Source of the DNA: Lachnospiraceae bacterium
GTDB taxonomy: Bacteria; Bacillota; Clostridia; Lachnospirales; Lachnospiraceae
NCBI GenBank assembly: GCA_028689655.1
Contig: JAQVCT010000012.1
Coordinates: 2,753-66,752 of the forward strand
DNA: 64,000 bases
Reading direction: 5' to 3'
A program made the translations under genes and the position numbers. The notes beneath the pieces are model-generated. The model did no database searches and had not been told where the DNA came from. It saw only the letters and a program-made list of their open reading frames with translations. Positions 16,311 through 23,910 of the stretch are shown here, piece after piece (the stretch's first letter is position 1; each line of letters starts with the position of its first letter).

Positions 16311-17150
16311 ATGAAAAATTTAGGATATTACAATGGACAGTATGATGAAATCGAGAATATGGTGATTCCATTTGATGACAGATCACACTATTACGGAGAT
16401 GGTGTGTATGATGCAACCTGCGCCAGAAACGGTGTTATTTTCAACCTGGATGAGCATATAGATCGTTTCTTCAACAGTGCTGGATTATTGAAAATTGAGA
16501 TTCCACATACGAAGGCAGAAATAAAGGCAATCTTAAATGAGATGATCCAGAAGGTGGATTCTGAGACTAACTTCGTATATTGGCAGGTTACCAGAGCAAC
16601 AGCACCTAGAAAACATGTATTTCCTGATGCAAAAGCAAACTTCTGGATTATGATTCGCCCAGAGAAAATTGGCGATTACAAGAAGCTTTATAAATTGATC
16701 ACCGTGGAAGACACCAGATTCTTACACTGCAATATCAAAACCCTGAATCTGATCCCTAATGTTATGGCAGCACAGCAGACAAAGGAAGCTGGCTGTGATG
16801 AATGTGTATTCCATAGAGGAGAGAGAGTTACAGAATGTGCCCACTGCAACATAAGTATTATCAAGGATGGGAAATTCATTACCCCACCAACAGATCATTA
16901 TATTTTACCAGGTATTGCAAGAGCACATCTTATTAAAATGAGCAAAAAACTCGGTATTCCAGTGGATGAGACACCTTTCACAGTGAAAGAGCTCATGGAA
17001 GCAGATGAAGTAGTAATCAGCTCCTCCAGTAATTTCTGTATGCAGGCTTCTGAAGTCGATGGAGTAGCAGTTGGTGGAAAGGCTCCAGAATTATTGAAAA
17101 AATTACAGGATGCACTTTTGGAAGAATACCTGGAAGCTACCAATAAATAA
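16311..17150 (+). CDS. dat: D-amino-acid (D-alanine) aminotransferase, class IV PLP enzyme
   Basis: The protein is collinear with Bacillus Dat as I recall it: YYGDGVYD (compare FGDGVYE), EHIDRFFNSA, WQVTRA, EDTRFLHCNIKTLNLIPNVMAAQ (compare EDIRWLRCDIKSLNLL). Confidence 0.85.
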   Translation: MKNLGYYNGQYDEIENMVIPFDDRSHYYGDGVYDATCARNGVIFNLDEHIDRFFNSAGLLKIEIPHTKAEIKAILNEMIQKVDSETNFVYWQVTRATAPRKHVFPDAKANFWIMIRPEKIGDYKKLYKLITVEDTRFLHCNIKTLNLIPNVMAAQQTKEAGCDECVFHRGERVTECAHCNISIIKDGKFITPPTDHYILPGIARAHLIKMSKKLGIPVDETPFTVKELMEADEVVISSSSNFCMQASEVDGVAVGGKAPELLKKLQDALLEEYLEATNK

Positions 17151-17214
17151 AAGTCAGTAATAGGAATCGTAATAGGAATAAAAATGAAAATCTAACGGGA
17201 AGACGTGAATTGTT

Positions 17215-18276
17215 ATGACAAAAGGAGAATTAGAGGAATTAAATATTGGTGAGAACCTGGATGCATTGATGAATCTTGATCCTAGAGGCTATGGCGTATG
17301 CAGGATTCTCTATGCAGGAAGTAGGGCTTATACAGGAGAACCTATTGCCATGCATGCAGCGAAGCAACTGGTAAAGACAGTACACCAGGGTGATTTCGTA
17401 TACATTCTCACAGGGTTTGTGTTAAGACCACATAAGGTTCCTGAGATGGATGGTATCGTAAGCTCCATGCTGTTAGCCAGGGCATTGGTACAGGCCTTCG
17501 ATGCGAAGCCTGTTATTATCTGCTCTGAATTAAATAAAGCGGCAGTGATTAAGATGGCACCTGTAGTAGGGCTTCATTGCTATGAGGACCTTGACACGGT
17601 TGCTGAGCTTCCAATATCCATGGGCGTAATATGTTTTACAACAGATCCTGAGACTGCCAAGACGCAGACAGAGGATATTATGAAGAAAAAGCTTCCCACA
17701 GCAGTGATTGCAATCGAAGCACCAGGTGCCAACGAGAAGGGTGAATATCACAATGCTATAGGATTGAATGTGACGGAGCTGGAGACCAAGTCTGACATCC
17801 TATTCCAGGCATTGAAGGACAGAGGAATCCTGAATATCGCCATTGGTGATCTGGGCAACGAGACAGGTATGGGAACCATAGCAGATCACATTCGTAAGTA
17901 TGTGCCTTACACAGCAGCAAATGAATGTAAATGTGATTGCCATGGCGGAATCCTGGCAGCCACCTGCGCAGATCATATCATAACAGCCACGGTGTCTGAC
18001 TGGGGCTGTTATGCCATGATGGCAGCACTTGCTTTTCTGAAAAATGATCTGGATATCTTCCATAAAGGGGAGATGGAGCAGGAAGCAATGCGTGTGGCCA
18101 CCAGAAGTGGAATGATTGATATGACAGGCTCACTGATTCCTGGTATTGATGGATTTAACACGAAGATGAATGTTAACATCGTAGAGCTTATGCGTCAGTG
18201 TGTTGGATATGCCAGAAAATATGAAGGAAAATCAGACCATTGGTTTTCATCAGTATTGGAAAAGGAATTTTTCTAA
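17215..18276 (+). CDS. DUF4392-like protein (glutamate-cyclase-domain family), tentative
   Basis: 353 aa. The N-terminal LDALMNLDPRGYG pattern and the gene's position between dat and pxpB suggest DUF4392. The assignment is from memory only. Confidence 0.45.
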   Translation: MTKGELEELNIGENLDALMNLDPRGYGVCRILYAGSRAYTGEPIAMHAAKQLVKTVHQGDFVYILTGFVLRPHKVPEMDGIVSSMLLARALVQAFDAKPVIICSELNKAAVIKMAPVVGLHCYEDLDTVAELPISMGVICFTTDPETAKTQTEDIMKKKLPTAVIAIEAPGANEKGEYHNAIGLNVTELETKSDILFQALKDRGILNIAIGDLGNETGMGTIADHIRKYVPYTAANECKCDCHGGILAATCADHIITATVSDWGCYAMMAALAFLKNDLDIFHKGEMEQEAMRVATRSGMIDMTGSLIPGIDGFNTKMNVNIVELMRQCVGYARKYEGKSDHWFSSVLEKEFF

Positions 18277-18287
18277 GCTTTGACAAA

Positions 18288-18325
18288 ACTACTCAGAACT
18301 ATGGGAATGGAGGTTCTGAATAGTT
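18288..18325. repeat. Minimal copy of the MITE/REP-like termini (both inverted-repeat ends, 12-nt centre)
   Basis: aactactcagaac - 12 nt - gttctgaatagtt. Confidence 0.55.
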
Positions 18326-18355
18326 ATGATTTGACATTTAAAAAGAGGAATTTAT

Positions 18356-19078
18356 ATGGAAAAGATAAGAATTGTTCCAGAAGGTGATCTGGCAGTACTG
18401 GTAGAATTCGAGAATGAGATCAGCACAGAATGTAATCACAAGGTTTCAACCCTCAACAGGGAAATCATAAATGCAAATATTATAGGCGTTCAGGAGACCG
18501 TGCCAACATTCCGTTCCCTATTGATCTATTATGACGCTTGTGTCATATCCTATGGAAGATTAGTGAGAACGCTAAAAAAGCTCATGAAGCAGAAGGATGT
18601 CAGCGGTTCCCGGCAACAGAGAATAATCAGACTTCCCGTGTGTTATGGAGGAAAATATGGTGTGGATATGGCGGATGTGTGCAGCCATACAGGCTTGACA
18701 GAGGATGAAGTGATTAAGCTGCATACAGAGCCTGATTATCTAATCTATATGCTGGGCTTCTTACCAGGCTTTCCATATCTTGGAGGCTTAGACAAGAGGC
18801 TGATAACTCCCAGACTGGAGAACCCCAGAACTGTGATTCCAGCAGGAGCTGTAGGAATCGGAGGAGAACAGACTGGTGTGTATCCCCTGGCTTCGCCAGG
18901 AGGCTGGAGACTAATCGGTCAGACCCCTGTCTGTCTCTATGATGCGGAAAGAGAGACTCCTATACTCTATAAAGCAGGAGATATGATTCACTTCTATGCC
19001 ATAGGAGAAGAGGAATACCTGGGAATAGAACAACAGGTAAGAGAAGGGAGCTTCCCATATGAAAGCTTGTATGTGTAG
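18356..19078 (+). CDS. pxpB: 5-oxoprolinase subunit PxpB (KipI / allophanate hydrolase subunit 1 family)
   Basis: 240 aa. Motifs IVPEGDLAVLVEF and MLGFLPGFPYLGGLD are typical of the family. It is adjacent to pxpC. Confidence 0.8.
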   Translation: MEKIRIVPEGDLAVLVEFENEISTECNHKVSTLNREIINANIIGVQETVPTFRSLLIYYDACVISYGRLVRTLKKLMKQKDVSGSRQQRIIRLPVCYGGKYGVDMADVCSHTGLTEDEVIKLHTEPDYLIYMLGFLPGFPYLGGLDKRLITPRLENPRTVIPAGAVGIGGEQTGVYPLASPGGWRLIGQTPVCLYDAERETPILYKAGDMIHFYAIGEEEYLGIEQQVREGSFPYESLYV

Positions 19079-19082
19079 TAAT

Positions 19083-20051
19083 ATGGAAAACAAAATCAAA
19101 ATAAGATCAGCTGGTGCTTTGACCACCATACAGGATTATGGAAGACTGGGATATCAAAGTCAGGGATTTTCTCCCTCGGGAGTGGTAGATCAGGAAGCCA
19201 TGGAAATCGGAAATATATTAGTAGGAAATCCTTTGGAGGAAGCGGTACTGGAATGTACGTTAATAGGACCTGGAATCGAATTCATGACAGATACCAGAAT
19301 AGCCCTAACCGGGGCGGACATGCAGGCTAAGATCGGAGACCGTCAGATTCCTACATGCCAGTGTATTCCTGTAGCAGCGGGAGATGTATTGACAATGGGC
19401 GTAGCAGCAAAAGGCTGTAGAGCCTACATTGCTATTGCTGGAGGATTTCAGGTTCCTCTCGTCCTGGGAAGCAAGTCTTTGAATCAAAAATGTAAGATTG
19501 GTGGAGGGTATGGAAGACCTTTACAGGCTGGAGATATGCTGTCAACAGGTGAGAACACAGCCAGCACAATCAGGAATCCAGAAGCACTTCAACAGGAAGT
19601 ACAGTCATCTAAGAGCAAAATGGAAGAAAAGCTTCATACGGTACATGTAATCATGGGACCTCAGGAAACGTTATTTACAAAAGAGGGAAGAAAGACTTTT
19701 CTTCATAATACCTATGAGATTACCAATGATTCCAACCGTATGGCATGTAAGCTACAGGGTAAACCCATAGAGAGCGTACATGGATCAGATATTATATCAG
19801 ATGGAATTGCAATGGGTGCCATTCAGGTAGCCAGTAATGGGCAACCGATTGTGATGCTTTCAGATCGTCAGACCACAGGCGGGTATGGGAAAATGGCTAC
19901 AGTTATCTCTACTGATATTCCCATTTTCGCCCAGTGCAGACCAGGAGATCAGGTAGTGTTCCAGGCAGTTTCACTGCGATGGGCACAAAAGCAATACAGG
20001 AAAAAAAGAAAAAGAATACAAGCAGAAGGAAGGAATACCCATGGACTATAG
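19083..20051 (+). CDS. pxpC: 5-oxoprolinase subunit PxpC (KipA / allophanate hydrolase subunit 2 family)
   Basis: LTTIQDYGRLGYQSQGFSPSGVVD and SDRQTTGGY are typical motifs. The start may be ATG 19083 or the upstream in-frame ATG 19059. Confidence 0.8.
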   Translation: MENKIKIRSAGALTTIQDYGRLGYQSQGFSPSGVVDQEAMEIGNILVGNPLEEAVLECTLIGPGIEFMTDTRIALTGADMQAKIGDRQIPTCQCIPVAAGDVLTMGVAAKGCRAYIAIAGGFQVPLVLGSKSLNQKCKIGGGYGRPLQAGDMLSTGENTASTIRNPEALQQEVQSSKSKMEEKLHTVHVIMGPQETLFTKEGRKTFLHNTYEITNDSNRMACKLQGKPIESVHGSDIISDGIAMGAIQVASNGQPIVMLSDRQTTGGYGKMATVISTDIPIFAQCRPGDQVVFQAVSLRWAQKQYRKKRKRIQAEGRNTHGL

Positions 20052-20823
20052 TAAGGAGTTACCATGTGAAGTACGAAAACTAATCAGGGAAGGGAATATT
20101 ACAGGACAGACATCTGGGATGTGTGCAGGATATGCCCAGGCTAATCTGGTGGTATTGCCCAAAGAGTTATCCTATGATTTTTTACTTTTTGCCCAAAGAA
20201 ATCCAAAATCCTGCCCCATATTAGAAGTGTTAGATGAGGGATCCAGGTATACAAAATTTATGGCAAAGGACGGAAATATCGCCACAGACATTCCCCGCTA
20301 CCGCATCTATGAATACGGTAAAATGGTTGGAGAGTATACAGATGTCACACAATTCTGGAGAGAGGATTTGGTTGGCTTCCTCATAGGCTGCAGCTTTTCT
20401 TTTGAATCCGAATTGCTGGAGGCTGGTATTCCTGTGAGACAAATAGAGGAGCGCTGCAATGTACCAATGTACAATACGAATATTCCTTGTGCTGAAGCAG
20501 GAATATTCAAGGGAAACATGGTGGTAAGCATGCGACCGATTCCTTATGCAGATGTGCCAAGAGCGGTAGAGGTTACTGCTGCAATGCCTAGAGTACACGG
20601 AGCGCCTATTCACATAGGGAACCCAGCAGCCATCGGAATTAATGACCTGCAGCATCCCGACTATGGTGACATGGTTACCATAAGAGAAGGGGAAGCGCCA
20701 GTGTTCTGGCCATGCGGTGTGACACCACAGGCAGTGCTCATGGCTTCCAAGCCTGCCTTTGCCATTACCCATGCTCCAGGACATATGTTTATCACAGACG
20801 TGAAAAATGTTCGACTGAAGTAA
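20041..20823 (+). CDS. DUF1445 / UPF0317 putative hydro-lyase (YcsI-like; D-glutamate-cyclase N-domain family)
   Basis: 260 aa. Motifs TSGMCAGYAQANLVVLP, NPKSCPILEV and HGAPIHIGNP match the UPF0317 pattern as I recall it. Confidence 0.7.
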   Translation: MDYSKELPCEVRKLIREGNITGQTSGMCAGYAQANLVVLPKELSYDFLLFAQRNPKSCPILEVLDEGSRYTKFMAKDGNIATDIPRYRIYEYGKMVGEYTDVTQFWREDLVGFLIGCSFSFESELLEAGIPVRQIEERCNVPMYNTNIPCAEAGIFKGNMVVSMRPIPYADVPRAVEVTAAMPRVHGAPIHIGNPAAIGINDLQHPDYGDMVTIREGEAPVFWPCGVTPQAVLMASKPAFAITHAPGHMFITDVKNVRLK

Positions 20824-20893
20824 TAACGAACAGGGCAGATTTCCAATGGTTGTATAATTGTAAGAGCATGGAAATGTGAAACAATTCGTAGGT

Positions 20894-20941
20894 ATCAGAA
20901 ATAAAATCAGAAATAAAATCAGAAATAAAATCAGAAAGAAG
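20894..20941. repeat. 12-bp tandem repeat atcagaaataaa, 3 copies plus a degenerate fourth, in the pxpA leader
   Basis: Exact copies at 20894, 20906 and 20918. Confidence 0.9.
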
Positions 20942-20950
20942 AGAAAACTT

Positions 20951-21700
20951 ATGTATACAATAGATATGAACTGTGACCTGGGCGAAAGCTTTGGTCGTTT
21001 TACAATAGGAAGAGACGAGGAAGTAATTCCTTATATTACATCAGCCAATGTGGCATGTGGATATCATGCATCTGATCCCATGGTCATGGGTAAAACAGTC
21101 CAGATTGCCAAGAAAAATGGAGTTCATGTGGGAGCACATATTGGATTTCCTGACCTTATGGGCTTTGGACGAAGAAATATGGTAATATCCCCAGAGGAAG
21201 CCAAGACCTATACCATGTATCAGATGGGTGCCCTCATGGGATTCCTGGCAGCAGAGCATATGACACTTTCCCATGTAAAGCCACATGGGGCCTTCTACAA
21301 CATGGCGGCCAAGGATTATCAGATGTCTCTGGCAATCTGTGAAGGAATCAAAGCAATTGATTCCAAAGTGGCACTTATGGGATTAGCAGGCAGTGAGATG
21401 ATAAGAGCTGCAAAAGCGGTGGGCATTCCTGTAATCCAGGAAGTGTTCGCAGATCGTGCCTATGAAGAGGATGGAACACTGGTAGCCCGTAGTAAGCCAG
21501 GAGCCATGATAGAAGATGAGAATGAAGCGATTCAAAGAGTCATCCGCATGGTAAAGGATAGAAAAGTAAATGCAATTACTGGCAAAGATGTGGATATTCA
21601 GCCAGATTCCGTGTGTGTCCATGGGGATGGTAAAGCAGCCTTACTATTTGTGAAAAAAATAAGAGAAGCACTAGAAAGAGAAGGAATTCTGATAAAATAG
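20951..21700 (+). CDS. pxpA: 5-oxoprolinase subunit PxpA (LamB/YcsF family)
   Basis: YTIDMNCDLGESFG, ANVACGYHASDP and KPHGAFYN are LamB/YcsF signatures. The longer ORF from 20876 would translate the 12-bp repeat and is unlikely. Confidence 0.85.
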   Translation: MYTIDMNCDLGESFGRFTIGRDEEVIPYITSANVACGYHASDPMVMGKTVQIAKKNGVHVGAHIGFPDLMGFGRRNMVISPEEAKTYTMYQMGALMGFLAAEHMTLSHVKPHGAFYNMAAKDYQMSLAICEGIKAIDSKVALMGLAGSEMIRAAKAVGIPVIQEVFADRAYEEDGTLVARSKPGAMIEDENEAIQRVIRMVKDRKVNAITGKDVDIQPDSVCVHGDGKAALLFVKKIREALEREGILIK

Positions 21701-21718
21701 AGTTCCTTCTCTTTTTTT
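21675..21718 (+). terminator. Rho-independent terminator overlapping the pxpA 3' end
   Basis: aaagagaaggaa - 16-nt loop - ttccttctcttt, followed by TTTT. Confidence 0.75.
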
Positions 21719-21787
21719 AGAATGGAAAAAATATGTCAGAAAAGCTTACATAACTAATTACGGCGAAACTGTAACGTTCATTATTCC

Positions 21788-22282
21788 ATGCCCGTACGAT
21801 GCATAGTATATGATGCGTTGGAATACATGAAACAGGTGAAAGAAATTATCCGCAGGAATAAGCAGGATAAAAGGCAGAAAACCTCAGAAGAATTCTTGTC
21901 CGGGATGTACCGCACAGACATGCTGGTACCTGTGATTACCTTTGTATTTTATCATGGAAATGAGCCGTATGACGGTTGTACAGATCTTCATGGTATGTTA
22001 GACTTAAGTGGAATCAGGGATCAATATCGGAACCTGATTCCTAACTATAAGATGAATCTCATCACCCTGGAAGATATTGATGAGATGCAGATGAAAACAG
22101 GCTTGCGTGAAGTAATCGGAGCCCTTAAGAGAAGTAAAGACAAAGAAGCATTCTTACACTATGTGCAGGAAAATCAGAATCGTTTCCAACAGCTGGACGA
22201 AGAGACCTGCCATACTATAGGAGTCGTGTTGAAACAGGATAACCTGCAAGAAATTCAAAGTGCCACAAGACGATATTATTGA
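21788..22282 (+). mobile_element. 5'-truncated Rpn-family / PD-(D/E)XK nuclease-type transposase-like gene (C-terminal portion only)
   Basis: It begins at MPVRCIVYDALEYMKQV, a block that lies mid-protein in this family. VITFVFYHG also matches. The N-terminal nuclease half is absent. Confidence 0.55.
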
Positions 22283-22426
22283 ACAACTTTTAGAGGAATA
22301 TAAACTTCCGATAGAGAATGCCCGGAGTATTGTAATCAAATACTGGGACTTAGCGTAATCTTCTAAGAGGAGAGCATAGGAATATAGACTACCAGGAAGA
22401 AGCTTCTTACGCCCATAGAGATCCGT

Positions 22427-22534
22427 GGAAGGGGCGACCCAAAGCCGATCCATAAAATCAAAGTATGAGCCGAGAGGAGGAAGGGACGAAAGAGGGCATC
22501 CGATAAGAGCCGCAAGGACATGGTCCCGTTTCAG
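22427..22534 (-). pseudogene. Short transposase-N-terminus-like fragment (very tentative)
   Basis: The minus-strand translation LKRDHVLAALIGCPLSSLPPLGSYFDFMDRLW resembles the N-terminal region of some Firmicute DDE transposases. No catalytic domain follows. Confidence 0.25.
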
Positions 22535-22768
22535 GCGTGCGACCCATGTAGTAAGGGAAGGCGGAGTAAGTCCCATAGAGAGCAACAAAAAGAAAAGAAC
22601 AAATGCGCCGCACAATTCAGAAACAATGTCAATAGTTTTCTGAAAACAGTTCAAAAATGTTTCTCGCCTTATGGAGGGAACGAAAAAAAGATAGCAAAAA
22701 AAGAGCGTAAACTCGGGCTTTAAAGAGTTTCCGAGACCGCTCTAAGATAAAGATGGAGGAAACTGTAA

Positions 22769-23830
22769 TTGTACATACATGGAGGGATTCATTTTGAACA
22801 GCCCAATTTTATAGATTTCAGTGCGAATATCAACCCCTTTGGTATGCCGGATGCGGTGCGGGAAGCGGCGGAACGCGGCGTTCAGGACGCTGTTTACTAC
22901 CCGGATACAGTGTGTAGAGAATTGCGGGATGCCATAGGGATACAGGAGAAGAGATCATCGGATGAGATCATCGTGGGGAATGGCGCGGCGGAACTGCTGT
23001 TTCGTATCTGTCAGAGCGTCAGGCCTGAAAACGCACTCATCATTGCACCGTCCTTTCAGGAATATGAGCAGGCACTGAAAAGTGTTTCCTGTATCTGCCA
23101 CTATTATGATCTGCCGGAAGCAGAGGATTTTCACGTGGAGGTGGAGGAACTGGTGGGAAGGTTACCGGGTATGGAACTGCTGTTTCTGTGCAATCCTAAC
23201 AATCCAACAGGAGAATTATTGTCGGGGGAAAAGATCTGTCACATATTGGATGCCTGCGTGGAATACGGGGTACGGTGCGTGTTAGATGAATGCTTTTTGG
23301 AATTTTGCGAAGGAGAGAGCATGGTTCCCTATCTGGGAAAATATGAGAATCTGTTTATCATAAAGGCATTTACAAAGCTCTATGCCATGCCAGGACTGAG
23401 ATTGGGATATGGACTGACTGCTGACCGGAAGCTTCTGCATAAAATGAATCTTGCAGGACAACCCTGGAGTGTGTCTGTGCCGGCGCAGTATGCAGGAGTT
23501 GCAGCCTTGCAGGAAAGAGAATATGTGAAGCGAAGCATTGCGTATATCAGCAATGAGCGGGAGTATCTTCTGTCAGAGATGAGACAACACATGTTATGTA
23601 AAAGAATATTTGATTCCAGGGCAAATTATATCTTCTTTCGGGCGGAGGAAACGTTAGGAGCATATCTCTATGAAAGGGGTTATGCCATAAGAGATTGCAG
23701 CAATTACAGGAATCTTCAAAAGGGGTATTACAGAATTGCCGTGAGACTTCATGAAGAAAATATGGCATTGTTACAAGAATGGAAAGAATACAAAAAACAT
23801 TACAGTAAAGAAAAAATAGAAACAAAGTAA
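22769..23830 (+). CDS. cobD: L-threonine-O-3-phosphate decarboxylase CobD (class I/II aminotransferase fold)
   Basis: TTG start 8 nt after GATGGAGGA. Motifs: IHGG ... IDFSANINPFGMP, CNPNNPTG, IKAFTKLYAMPGLRLGY (PLP lysine region). Confidence 0.8.
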   Translation: MYIHGGIHFEQPNFIDFSANINPFGMPDAVREAAERGVQDAVYYPDTVCRELRDAIGIQEKRSSDEIIVGNGAAELLFRICQSVRPENALIIAPSFQEYEQALKSVSCICHYYDLPEAEDFHVEVEELVGRLPGMELLFLCNPNNPTGELLSGEKICHILDACVEYGVRCVLDECFLEFCEGESMVPYLGKYENLFIIKAFTKLYAMPGLRLGYGLTADRKLLHKMNLAGQPWSVSVPAQYAGVAALQEREYVKRSIAYISNEREYLLSEMRQHMLCKRIFDSRANYIFFRAEETLGAYLYERGYAIRDCSNYRNLQKGYYRIAVRLHEENMALLQEWKEYKKHYSKEKIETK

Positions 23831-23910
23831 GATATGGAAATAAACTGTACCCTAGATTAAATATAGAAAATATAAAATCAAAGAAAGAATATAAAAATAG
23901 AGGAAAAAGC

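Noticed and set aside
20876-20950. N-terminal extension of PxpA (MKQFVGIRNKIRNKIRNKIRKKRKL)
   Set aside because: The extension is encoded by the 12-bp tandem repeat and starts at a non-ATG codon. The conserved LamB/YcsF N-terminus begins at Met 20951.
22283-22768. Cobalamin riboswitch or group II intron upstream of cobD
   Set aside because: I looked for the B12 box (AGYCMGGAGACCKGCC-like), GCCACTG and the GGGAA/GGTG core and found only a weak resemblance (gtttccgagaccgct). For a group II intron, only a GTGCG-like pentamer is present. I could recognise no domain V (34-nt helix with GNRA loop) and no RT ORF. Neither call is supportable by eye.
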